NCBI GenBank assembly: GCA_024636005.1
Contig: JAGXHV010000091.1
Coordinates: 2,133-66,132 of the forward strand
DNA length: 64,000 bases
From: Bacillota bacterium
Lineage (GTDB): Bacteria > Bacillota > Clostridia > Peptostreptococcales > Acidaminobacteraceae
Direction: 5' to 3'
Under the pieces are notes generated by a model, which made no database searches, was not told where the DNA came from, and was given only the letters and a program-made list of their open reading frames with translations. Position numbers and translations under genes: made by a program. This document shows positions 39,493 to 48,903 of this stretch, in pieces (positions within the stretch are counted from its first letter, which is position 1; the number at the start of each line of letters is the position of its first letter).

Positions 39493-41118
39493 ATGTATAA
39501 TAACACAAACATCGACAAACTTTTGGAACAATCAAAATTACTCGCTACTCAAAATCCACAGGAATCCTATGATCTCGCGAAAAAAGCTATGGATCTATCC
39601 AAAGCGACACATCAGCCTTTATCATACGGTTACTCACTTTTTCATATGGCGTATGCTTGTAGGGTCATGTCCAATTATTCCAAGGGACTCGAACTTGCCT
39701 TTCAAGCTCTTGAAATTTTCAAAAAACATGATAATACTATTGGTATATTAAAAGCCAGCAATATTATTGGAATCATATACTTTTATTTTGGAGCCTATAC
39801 AGACGCTCTGGATTATTTCATGAATTCTGTTTCCAAAATTCATAAAGATACGGATCCCGGACTGGAATCCTCACTTTACAACAATATTGGCGAAATCTAT
39901 AGAATGGCTGAAGATTATTCCAGTGCCATATTCTATTATGAAAAAGGGGTTGAAATTTGCCTAGCTCATGGACTGGAATCCAATGAGGCTGTAATCCATC
40001 TCAACATTGGCGAAATTTTTTACCTACAAGAAAAATTTGATGCTTCCTACGATGAATTGATGAAATCCTATGTTATTGTAATGAAGCATAACGATATGAT
40101 CAATCAAGGTGAAGCTGAAACCAAACTTGGTCGTGCTATGCAGATGAAAGGTGATTATAATGCTGCTGAACTCTATTATAATTCAGCTCTTGAAAAAATC
40201 ACACATGTGAACAACAAATTTTATTTGGTTGAGCTGCTCATAGAAATGGCAAAACTAGATGAACTGACAGGCATAAATCCACTGAACAGGTGGAATGAGG
40301 CATTGGAGCATGCCATCAATAATAAGCTCGACAACAAAGTCTGCATGATTTACAAATCTCTATCAAATTATTATGAACGTATACATTTGTTTGAAAAAGC
40401 TCTCACATACCACAAGGCTTATCACGTCAAGGAAAAAGAAATCGATGCGGTCAACCTTTCCAAACGCCTCGAAATCTTATCAGTCGAATTCCAGTATTTC
40501 AAAGAAAAGGAAAGAACTAAAAAAATTGAACTCTTGACCAACAAACTCGAAGACGATATCAAAATCGCCAATGAGGAGCTCAACCAATTGATGGCCATCA
40601 ATACTACCCTCCAAAAAGAAACTTTGATCGACGAATTGACACAACTCTATAATCGTAGAGGCATTGATAGAATGTTCACTTCTCAGATCAATGAAACCGG
40701 TTCGGTCTCAGGTGTGATATTCTTTATCGATATTGATCATTTCAAGACTTACAATGACAACTTCGGACATATCCAAGGCGATTTATGCCTAAAGACACTT
40801 TCTGAAAACATTAAGGCAATTGTTGGGGACAAAGGATTTGTCGGTCGGTATGGCGGCGAGGAATTCCTTTGCTTTATCCGAGTGGACTCTTATAATAAGG
40901 CTTCATCATATGCTGAAAAATTGAGAACCTCTATTGAATCCCTATCCATCCCTTCACTAGAAGGACTATCTCCTACAAAAGTTACGATAAGTGTAGGCGG
41001 ATGTTATGGTCAAATCAATGCAATGAATCTTAAACAATGTACGAAACTAGCAGATGAACAACTATATATTGCCAAAGACAACGGACGTAACCAAGCCTTT
41101 GTCGTGGAACTAAAATAA
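39493..41118 (+). CDS. TPR-repeat diguanylate cyclase
   Basis: TPR-like helices (YNNIGEIY), DELTQLYNRR, DIDHFK.YND.FGH.QGD, RYGGEEF. Confidence 0.92.
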   Translation: MYNNTNIDKLLEQSKLLATQNPQESYDLAKKAMDLSKATHQPLSYGYSLFHMAYACRVMSNYSKGLELAFQALEIFKKHDNTIGILKASNIIGIIYFYFGAYTDALDYFMNSVSKIHKDTDPGLESSLYNNIGEIYRMAEDYSSAIFYYEKGVEICLAHGLESNEAVIHLNIGEIFYLQEKFDASYDELMKSYVIVMKHNDMINQGEAETKLGRAMQMKGDYNAAELYYNSALEKITHVNNKFYLVELLIEMAKLDELTGINPLNRWNEALEHAINNKLDNKVCMIYKSLSNYYERIHLFEKALTYHKAYHVKEKEIDAVNLSKRLEILSVEFQYFKEKERTKKIELLTNKLEDDIKIANEELNQLMAINTTLQKETLIDELTQLYNRRGIDRMFTSQINETGSVSGVIFFIDIDHFKTYNDNFGHIQGDLCLKTLSENIKAIVGDKGFVGRYGGEEFLCFIRVDSYNKASSYAEKLRTSIESLSIPSLEGLSPTKVTISVGGCYGQINAMNLKQCTKLADEQLYIAKDNGRNQAFVVELK

Positions 41119-41144
41119 AAGCCACAGGATCAGATCCTGTGGCT
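41119..41144. terminator. Intrinsic terminator hairpin
   Basis: AGCCACAGGATC-A-GATCCTGTGGCT between convergent genes. Confidence 0.7.
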
Positions 41145-41158
41145 ATATTTTTGATGTA

Positions 41159-42133
41159 TTACTTAATTTCTTCTTTCAGGTTCCAAGCTTCAACCAAAGA
41201 ATCTATAAAATATGAGTGACCATCTTGTAATGACATAGTTGCACTTGTTGTAACGTCTACCAACATAGCAAGTTCTTCTGCTGTGAATGTAGCAGTTGTA
41301 GCCAAATCAGATTCAGTCAATTTTTCTGGGTATGCCACTTTGTATGGTCTACCATTAGCATCTGTATATTTATTGAACCATGCAACAACTTCATCTACTG
41401 TCATGCCTTTGAAGTATTCTTCAAAGTAGTCAAGTTGAACGAACCATTCATTTTGAGTTAAGTTGTCCGCTGCGCCTTTAGAAAGAAGATGTGTCATATC
41501 ATATGCATAACCTTCTTCTCTTTTTGTTTCCCATTCTAAGACTGCTTCAACAGCTTCATCTAACAATGGTTTCTCAATTGTGTTGTCCAACCATTGGAAC
41601 ATTGAAGTTTTAATTTCAATTACATCCCATTGAATGTCAACGATTTTGCCTTCGCCATCAAATACAACGCTTGCAGATGTTACATTAAGATTGTCTTTCT
41701 CTCCGCCTCTTAATCTGTAGTTTGAGATCATACCGAGACCAAGGTAATATTTTTGACCTTCTGCAACTGTAGTTTCAGTAGTTTCAGTAACTGCAGTTCC
41801 AGCTTTTACGATCAATACGTCCCCAACGTAAATCATGTTGGCATTTTTCACTTGTGGATTGAGTGCAACCATCTCGGCAGTAGTCAAACCATTGTCCTTA
41901 GCAATCTTCCAGAAAAGGTCACCACTTTTTACTGTGTAAGTGACTTGACCTTCTGTAGCTACAGGAGCCACATTGACATCAGTAGTCGATTTGGTAGGTG
42001 TTTCTGTCTCTGTCCAAGTTGTTGCTGACGTAACTACGTCAACCGCGTTTGTTGCAACAGCTACCCCTGGTGCTGTCACAATTGAAGTCAATAGCAACGC
42101 GGACATTGCAAGTGCTTTAAATCTCTTTGCCAT
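41159..42133 (-). CDS. Secreted LysM-domain protein with FMN-binding-like domain
   Basis: Signal peptide, LysM (YTVKSGDLFWKIA...NPQVKNANMIYVGD), WETKRE...EWF.Q...FE....GMT, motifs DVVTSAT and DVTTSAT. Confidence 0.8.
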   Translation of the reverse strand: MAKRFKALAMSALLLTSIVTAPGVAVATNAVDVVTSATTWTETETPTKSTTDVNVAPVATEGQVTYTVKSGDLFWKIAKDNGLTTAEMVALNPQVKNANMIYVGDVLIVKAGTAVTETTETTVAEGQKYYLGLGMISNYRLRGGEKDNLNVTSASVVFDGEGKIVDIQWDVIEIKTSMFQWLDNTIEKPLLDEAVEAVLEWETKREEGYAYDMTHLLSKGAADNLTQNEWFVQLDYFEEYFKGMTVDEVVAWFNKYTDANGRPYKVAYPEKLTESDLATTATFTAEELAMLVDVTTSATMSLQDGHSYFIDSLVEAWNLKEEIK

Positions 42134-42309
42134 AAAAATACCCCTTTATAATGTTTTTATACAGACTATTTTTCATAATACCCCTCGCGTTTTGTTAAAT
42201 TAAAGACAAACATGCGCAAAAAAAACCTCTGTACATTCTTATTGTATCAGAGATTTTCTAATTTTATAACTAAATTATATGATTTCAGAAAATAAATTTC
42301 CAGAAAAAT

Positions 42310-43191
42310 CTATCGGTGCTCTCCTATGAAGAAAAGTGCTACTGTACCCGGCCCAGTATGTGCACCGACTACCGTCCCTATGAAGTTGATTTGAACCTTT
42401 CCATTTAGGTTTGGAAATTTCTCTTCAATCTGATTTGCCACTTGACGTGCATCATCGTAACAAGCTGATTGAGATATGAAACACTTTCCGGAATACGAAG
42501 TGCCACCTTCGGCAAATTGCTCCATTTTTTTCACAATTCCATTGATGGCATGTTTCTTTCCCCTAATTTTCTCATGTGGTGTTAAATGGCCTTCATGATC
42601 AACTCTTAATAGTGGACATATATTGAGCAATGTGCCCACCATTGCGGCAGTTGGTGAAATACGACCACCTCTTTTGTAATGTGTGAGATCCGTTGAAAAA
42701 AACCAATGTTGAACCTTGAGTTTATTTTCTTCCAGCCACTCATACAACTTGTCAATGGTTTCTCCCTCGTCTCTAAAGTCGGCCGCGAGATCGATCAGTA
42801 AGCCGTAACCTGAGGAAGCGCCTAAAGAATCCACGATGTGTATCTTTCTATCAGGATAAGTTTCCAAAAGTTCAGTTTTTGCAAGGTTTGCCGCATTATA
42901 AGTGCCAGATAGACCCGACGAAAACGAAATATGTAACACATCTTTTCCAGCTTTCAAAAACGGTTCGAAGAAATCCATGAATTCTCCGACATTGACCTGA
43001 GATGTTGTAGGCATTGCTCCTTTTTCTATTCTCTTATAATATTCTTCAAAGGAAATGGTCTGTCCCATATCATCCAAATGGTCCTTACCATCCATAATAT
43101 AGTGGAAACTCACAAAAGGAATCTCCCTTTTTTTGAAATACTCGTGCGGCAGATCTGCAGTTGAACAACATGATAGAATATACTCTGACAT
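42310..43191 (-). CDS. DegV family fatty-acid-binding protein (FakB-like)
   Basis: STADL, PTTSQ, FSSGLSGT, VDSL..S.G, RGGRIS, GAHTGPGT. Confidence 0.93.
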   Translation of the reverse strand: MSEYILSCCSTADLPHEYFKKREIPFVSFHYIMDGKDHLDDMGQTISFEEYYKRIEKGAMPTTSQVNVGEFMDFFEPFLKAGKDVLHISFSSGLSGTYNAANLAKTELLETYPDRKIHIVDSLGASSGYGLLIDLAADFRDEGETIDKLYEWLEENKLKVQHWFFSTDLTHYKRGGRISPTAAMVGTLLNICPLLRVDHEGHLTPHEKIRGKKHAINGIVKKMEQFAEGGTSYSGKCFISQSACYDDARQVANQIEEKFPNLNGKVQINFIGTVVGAHTGPGTVALFFIGEHR

Positions 43192-43269
43192 AATCGTGCT
43201 CCTTCCAGCTAAATTGGTGAAGTTCAATCCTAATAATATTTTAACAATTTTGAAGTCATATGTCGATGA

Positions 43270-44913
43270 TCATCGAGATAAAGTTTTGTTGTTATTTAAT
43301 AACAATATTCTTTTTGTTGTACCATCCGCATATTCAAATGTGACATAATGATATTTTGCCACAATCAATTCCACCCTTTCATAAGCTTGATTGTATGGTG
43401 ATTCAATCTCACCGAGGAAATTATTCACGGCAATTAAGAGTTTATTGGTCGGATTGTGGAACAATTTCCCCACCATTCTGTCTTCATGCCGATAGATTTT
43501 CACATCCTCAAGCGTTCTCAGAGTGCTTATGATTTCCGCATAGTCTGACATAAAAAGTCGATTCATATCTTCATCATCGAATTGTATAAAAGCGGTGTGA
43601 TCGCCAGCAGGAAATGCATCCAAAACGACGTCCAATTTCACATTTCTAAACATATGACCTTGACCTTCACAACTCTCACATGCAATATTTCCTGTGCCAA
43701 GACATGCCGTACACTTAATCGTGCCCGTTCCATCACACTTTTTACAAGTAGTTGAAGCGGTTGATGGATTTTCAATCTTCATCACTTGAGATGCGATCAC
43801 CCCTGCTCCCCCACAGGTATTACAAACGGGACCTTTCTCAGTGATTTCGAGTATTCCCGTTCCTCCACATAAAGCGCAAATTTTTCCACTGCCTTCACAG
43901 TTATGGCAATAGTCCTCTTTGATGATTCCTTTACCTCCACAAACCTTACAATCCACTTTTTCATTACAATCGCACTCGATTTCAAACACCGGTCCAGGTT
44001 CGAAACCTGTGCCACCACACTCCTGACATTGAATAAGTTCATGAATAGGGTGTGATATTTCAATATCCTGCTTAGTTATGCCAGTACCATCACATCGATC
44101 ACATATCACATTTTTCTCCCCATCGCATGTGGGACAGATCACCTTCCCATATCGACAAAGAGGGTTGATACATGGCACTCTTTGGGCTTTTGAATAAAAA
44201 GCCATCTGTTCATTTCGAATGGTCTCATGTACTGAAAACTTTGATAGGAATGCACGAATATCTTTGTCAATTTCTTCTTCTGTTTTGACGCCCGCTCTAC
44301 TTTGCGAGAGAGTAGTTTCTATATTTTCAATTTTTCTGACTCCAAATCGCTCCATTGCCAGCAAAACACCTTTGACTTGATCAATTTTTTCAGGTTGATG
44401 TTCTTCATCAATCATCCCCTCCGCTCTAAAAAAATCCATAGTGAGGTCGTCAACCTGATCATAAGTATCCAAATTAAGCTCGTCGACGAACAGCGCTTCT
44501 TGATCCGAACCTTCTATCGGTGTAGCGCCGAAATGGATCAGTACATTTTTGATGATTTCTTGATTCGGAACACTTGAATCGGTATTTGCCATCATACCAA
44601 GTTCAACATCAGCCCCAGCATAAAGTGCGGTCACAGTATTAAAAAAATCCCCATTTTTGATTGCGATAATCAGTACTTTGGTCTGGTCGAACTGAAGTCG
44701 ATCCCATAAGAGTAGTTTTGAAAGTGTTCCATATACTCTCCGATCAGTGGCGATCGAGTCAATGCGATCCGATTTGATTTGATTTTTGAGTATAAGATGA
44801 ATCATCAACTTCATCCCAGCCAAAACAAACCCGAAAGTTATGGTCAACCACGTGTTGATGAATATCAAAAAAAGAGATACTATTAGTATGATAGAAACTT
44901 GGATATTTTTCAT
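43270..44913 (-). CDS. Membrane-anchored protein with expanded DnaJ-type CxxCxGxG zinc-finger repeats, no J domain
   Basis: Two N-terminal TMs; nine exact CxxCxGxG motifs plus CPTCDGEK; no HPD motif. Confidence 0.8.
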   Translation of the reverse strand: MKNIQVSIILIVSLFLIFINTWLTITFGFVLAGMKLMIHLILKNQIKSDRIDSIATDRRVYGTLSKLLLWDRLQFDQTKVLIIAIKNGDFFNTVTALYAGADVELGMMANTDSSVPNQEIIKNVLIHFGATPIEGSDQEALFVDELNLDTYDQVDDLTMDFFRAEGMIDEEHQPEKIDQVKGVLLAMERFGVRKIENIETTLSQSRAGVKTEEEIDKDIRAFLSKFSVHETIRNEQMAFYSKAQRVPCINPLCRYGKVICPTCDGEKNVICDRCDGTGITKQDIEISHPIHELIQCQECGGTGFEPGPVFEIECDCNEKVDCKVCGGKGIIKEDYCHNCEGSGKICALCGGTGILEITEKGPVCNTCGGAGVIASQVMKIENPSTASTTCKKCDGTGTIKCTACLGTGNIACESCEGQGHMFRNVKLDVVLDAFPAGDHTAFIQFDDEDMNRLFMSDYAEIISTLRTLEDVKIYRHEDRMVGKLFHNPTNKLLIAVNNFLGEIESPYNQAYERVELIVAKYHYVTFEYADGTTKRILLLNNNKTLSR

Positions 44914-45026
44914 TATATTACACCTACTTAATATTTAATGGACTGAGTTTGATTTTAGTGATAAAATGATAACGTTATTATTGGACTTATCGTCCTATGA
45001 CATTATACGTAATTAAGGGAGTATTT

Positions 45027-46211
45027 ATGGGATTTTTTCGCCTAATGTTTCAAGAACATAGAAAGACCAAAATTATGTTGTTTGTTTTGCTGTTCTTCAT
45101 GTCATTAACTGGATTTTATCGACTCAATCAATCCAGATTAACTGAACTTGAAGATTTACTCGAGAATGTAATACAATCTTTTATCGTTTCCACCGCTGAT
45201 GGCATCAGTGTCGGTTATTTTCAGTGGGATGATATGTATGATTCCATCATAGAGACAGATGATTCATTTTTGGATCATTACAAACACGATCTTTTGTCAA
45301 CATTTTCGATCGTTGAGGAAATAGATCTCATTGAAATGCCCTTTGACGGGTCGGATTTATATACAGTCTATGCTGAAAATCAGGAGTTACATTTATATTT
45401 CGGCATATTTGATAGCAATGTTGAGCAATTCATTGATGACAAGATGGTCAGAATGAAATTCAATCACGAAACAATCTTGGATCAAGCGCATATAAGCGGT
45501 GAAGTGAATTTTGACATTATCATAAAAGATGGTGACAGCATAGACAGCGTCCACATTACAAGCAAAGACAACATTTTAGGTTTCTATCATTTTCTAAGCG
45601 CTTTAATGATCGGCTTATTAGGCATTTTCTTTCTGTATACCTTCAATAAATATTCCATCAGCTCACATTATGAGATAGAAGGTCTAGCCAACATCGTCAT
45701 GCTCCTTTCGAAAAAAGACGCATACACAGCAGAGCATTCAGCCGATGTCGCCAAGTATGCAAAAGCAATCGCAACCTCCTTCGGTATGACTAGAAAGCAG
45801 CAGAAAACCCTTGAAAAAGCCGGTTTTTTACACGATATCGGTAAAATCGGTATTTCTGAAACCATTCTCAACAAAACTGGAAAACTCGAAAAAGAGGAAT
45901 TTGAGGAAGTCAAAAAACATTCCATCATCGGTTATGAAATCGTATCCCAGTTCCCGAATTTGAATGAGGTGGCCATCATCGTGAAGCACCATCACGAACT
46001 CATGAACGGATCAGGATATCCAGATGGACTTAAAGGAGATGAAATCCCTTTTTCGTCACAGGTCCTTGCAGTTGCTGACGTCTACAGCGCAATGACTACA
46101 GATCGCCCTTACAGAAAAGGGTATTCTGGTAAAGCGGCTTTTGAAATCATGGAGAATATGTCACTTAATCAAGAACTTGTCGCACTTCTAAAGGAAAATG
46201 TGATCCACTAG
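45027..46211 (+). CDS. Membrane sensor HD-GYP phosphodiesterase
   Basis: TM-external domain-TM, KDAYTAEHS, LHDIGK, HHE..NGSGYP, AVADVYSAM...RPYR. Confidence 0.9.
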   Translation: MGFFRLMFQEHRKTKIMLFVLLFFMSLTGFYRLNQSRLTELEDLLENVIQSFIVSTADGISVGYFQWDDMYDSIIETDDSFLDHYKHDLLSTFSIVEEIDLIEMPFDGSDLYTVYAENQELHLYFGIFDSNVEQFIDDKMVRMKFNHETILDQAHISGEVNFDIIIKDGDSIDSVHITSKDNILGFYHFLSALMIGLLGIFFLYTFNKYSISSHYEIEGLANIVMLLSKKDAYTAEHSADVAKYAKAIATSFGMTRKQQKTLEKAGFLHDIGKIGISETILNKTGKLEKEEFEEVKKHSIIGYEIVSQFPNLNEVAIIVKHHHELMNGSGYPDGLKGDEIPFSSQVLAVADVYSAMTTDRPYRKGYSGKAAFEIMENMSLNQELVALLKENVIH

Positions 46212-46234
46212 ATATGTATTAGAAGAGGATTGTA

Positions 46235-47398
46235 ATGAGGACTAGAAAAATTCAAATTTATGGCATTGGTCTTCAATCATTGTATTGGATGACTTTTTGT
46301 AGTGTTTTCAGTTATGCGGTTATGTTTCTGGAAACGAAAGGTTTCTCAAGCATCTATTCAGGTGCTTTGATGGCATCAGCTTCAATGGTTGCAGCTGTGA
46401 TTCAACCGCTCATGGGTTCTTGGGCGGACAAAGGCACTCCGAGGCGATTACGTGGGCTGATTTTTTCCACTTTATTAATCGCCATTTTTTCGAATCTTCT
46501 GATCCAGATCAGAGGAGATTTAAGCATTGTCATTTTGTTCAGTTATGTTTTGAGCCTGATTTCCATAGTTTCCCTTCAGCCTTTGATGAGTGCTCTCATG
46601 TTCAATGCAAGTACCGATGAATCCACCATCAATTTCGGTATGGCCAGGGCATTCGGTTCATTGGCATTTGCGGGTGCGTCTTCGTCCATTGGCTATTTTA
46701 TAACTCTGACATCCATTGACGTTCTACCTAAAATTTCATTCGGAATATTGATTGCACTTACAATGGTAGTATACACCTTTCCAGTGAAATCTGTCGAAGA
46801 AAAGGATGATTACACTCTAGATGAACATTCCATGCGCAAGTCCCCGTTCTTTACACGATACCCTCGTTTCAAGTTCCTATTGACCGGAATGATGTTCATT
46901 TTTGTACTTCATTCCATGCTCAACGTATTCATGATCTATATTGTTAAGTCTGTAGGCGGTTCTGAAAAGGATTTTGGTTTGGCTCTTATGATGATGGCCG
47001 CTGTTGAAATTCCCGCCATGGTTTATTCATCCAAACTCATTCGAAGGTTTTCAATTGAGAAACTGTTCGCCGTTTCAATCTTTTTTTACATCGTCCGCGG
47101 CACTCTGTTTGTAATGGCCACCAGTATGACTGGTATTTATATCGCCCAGTTGACGCAAGCAATATCGTTCGCACTTTATATTCCCGTTTCTGTTGCTTAT
47201 ATCAATCTGAAGATTCATGCAAATGACCGGGTAAAAGGTCAAACTCTCATTGTCAGTGCAACTACACTGGGAAATGTCGCCGGAAGTATGATTGGAGGCA
47301 CATTGATTGACAGCTTTGGCGTTACAGCCATGTTGACTTCAGGCTTGATCAGTGTCATAATCGGTTTCGTATTCGTTATGCTTGGACTAAAAAAATGA
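46235..47398 (+). CDS. MFS transporter (PPP/LacY-like)
   Basis: About 12 TMs, G.WADK, NFGMARAFGSL, EIP motif. Confidence 0.88.
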   Translation: MRTRKIQIYGIGLQSLYWMTFCSVFSYAVMFLETKGFSSIYSGALMASASMVAAVIQPLMGSWADKGTPRRLRGLIFSTLLIAIFSNLLIQIRGDLSIVILFSYVLSLISIVSLQPLMSALMFNASTDESTINFGMARAFGSLAFAGASSSIGYFITLTSIDVLPKISFGILIALTMVVYTFPVKSVEEKDDYTLDEHSMRKSPFFTRYPRFKFLLTGMMFIFVLHSMLNVFMIYIVKSVGGSEKDFGLALMMMAAVEIPAMVYSSKLIRRFSIEKLFAVSIFFYIVRGTLFVMATSMTGIYIAQLTQAISFALYIPVSVAYINLKIHANDRVKGQTLIVSATTLGNVAGSMIGGTLIDSFGVTAMLTSGLISVIIGFVFVMLGLKK

Positions 47399-47410
47399 AT
47401 TCATTCACAT

Positions 47411-47450
47411 AAAAAGCCACCTCACAGTTTAGTTGAAGGTGGCTTTTTTT
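47411..47450. terminator. Bidirectional intrinsic terminator
   Basis: AAAAAGCCACCT...AGGTGGCTTTTTTT. Confidence 0.75.
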
Positions 47451-47451
47451 A

Positions 47452-48039
47452 TCAATTGATTCCAGTGATGCTTTCCCTGAATTCAATGATTTCAGCATCA
47501 TTTTTGAACAAGTTGAGGTAACTGCATACTGCAATCGAAAAATCTACAAAAGCATATCCTTTGGCTGTGATGATATTTTCATCCACCACTACCCTTTGGT
47601 CTCTGTAGTAAACCCAATCAAATGGATTATCCACTCCAAAGACTGATTTTTGATCGTTGCTCCATGATTTGATACTCGTAGTGTACCTATGTGTCCCGAG
47701 AACACCCGATACTGCGAGCATCCATGGCGCGGCACATATTGCTGCTATAAGCTTTTGATCATCATTCAGCTTCTTAAGGAGGCTTGAAAGCTCATGATTG
47801 GTACCAAAGTGCCATCCTCCAGGTATGATGATGCCATCCACTTTAATTTTACTCTGAGTAAAATCCCCGATGGTCATCTTTGGCAAATAGGCAATGCCGC
47901 ATTTGCTCGTTTTAACATTCATATCCGATGAGATGGTGATGACTTCATAGCCGCTGTCCACTCCTAACATATGACACAAAAGTGTCACTTCGAAATCAGC
48001 CATATCATCGTAGATGTAAACTAAAATCTTTTTATTCAT
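47452..48039 (-). CDS. DJ-1/PfpI-family protein
   Basis: MADFE, IPGG, AAICAAP, ENIITAKG. Confidence 0.9.
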   Translation of the reverse strand: MNKKILVYIYDDMADFEVTLLCHMLGVDSGYEVITISSDMNVKTSKCGIAYLPKMTIGDFTQSKIKVDGIIIPGGWHFGTNHELSSLLKKLNDDQKLIAAICAAPWMLAVSGVLGTHRYTTSIKSWSNDQKSVFGVDNPFDWVYYRDQRVVVDENIITAKGYAFVDFSIAVCSYLNLFKNDAEIIEFRESITGIN

Positions 48040-48219
48040 GAGTCCCTCCATCTTTTATCCTGCAACTTGAAACTCTATCACTTTTATTATGTTCCTCAAA
48101 GACTAAGAAACTCTGAACTTATCATTAAAATTTCATTATATTTTACATATTCTTCAAGTAATGCTAATTCAGATTTGACATTCCAGTGTTACAATTAAAG
48201 CAATTAAGGAGGTAACACA

Positions 48220-48870
48220 ATGATCAATACAATTATTTTCGATTTCGATGGAACAATCATCAACACAAATGCACTTATTGAAGAAGGACTCAACCATTTT
48301 TCATATATGCACAGAGGTTTTCATTTCACAAAAGAAGAACTGCTCGCTTTAGCCGGGAAAACGCTTGAAACACAAATGGCTGCCATAGATTTACGATTAA
48401 GCAAACTCTTGGTGGAACAGTTCAAGGCATGGTACAGTGACCATCACGACCTTAAAACTTCCGCATTTTCCGGTATGATAGAGTTGCTTAGATTTCTGAA
48501 AGGATTGAACCTAAATTTGGCCATAGTGACTAACAACAGTCGAGCATCTCTTGAAATGGGACTCAAGCATCTGGGTATTGAAGACCTGTTTCATTTGACT
48601 TTGAGTCGAGATGATGTGAAAGCCACCAAACCGGATCCCGAGGGGCTGCTCGAAGTGCTTAAGACATTCAAAATAGAACCTCATGAAGCCATATTCATCG
48701 GAGATACCGATAACGATATTTTAGCTGCAAAAGCAGCAGGTATTAAAAGTGCCATGGTGGCATGGAGCATACTAGACGAAGAGTCCATCAAAAGGCTAAA
48801 CCCTGACCATATCCTCTGTGATCCCCCTCATCTGTTGGAAATGTTGAATCAATCGGTTGAAGCTGCCTGA
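48220..48870 (+). CDS. HAD-family hydrolase (PpaX/Gph-like)
   Basis: FDFDGT, IVTN, KPDPE, IGDT.ND. Confidence 0.92.
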   Translation: MINTIIFDFDGTIINTNALIEEGLNHFSYMHRGFHFTKEELLALAGKTLETQMAAIDLRLSKLLVEQFKAWYSDHHDLKTSAFSGMIELLRFLKGLNLNLAIVTNNSRASLEMGLKHLGIEDLFHLTLSRDDVKATKPDPEGLLEVLKTFKIEPHEAIFIGDTDNDILAAKAAGIKSAMVAWSILDEESIKRLNPDHILCDPPHLLEMLNQSVEAA

Positions 48871-48903
48871 TGGCTTATTTTTTTTTGCCTTGATTATTCC
48901 TAA

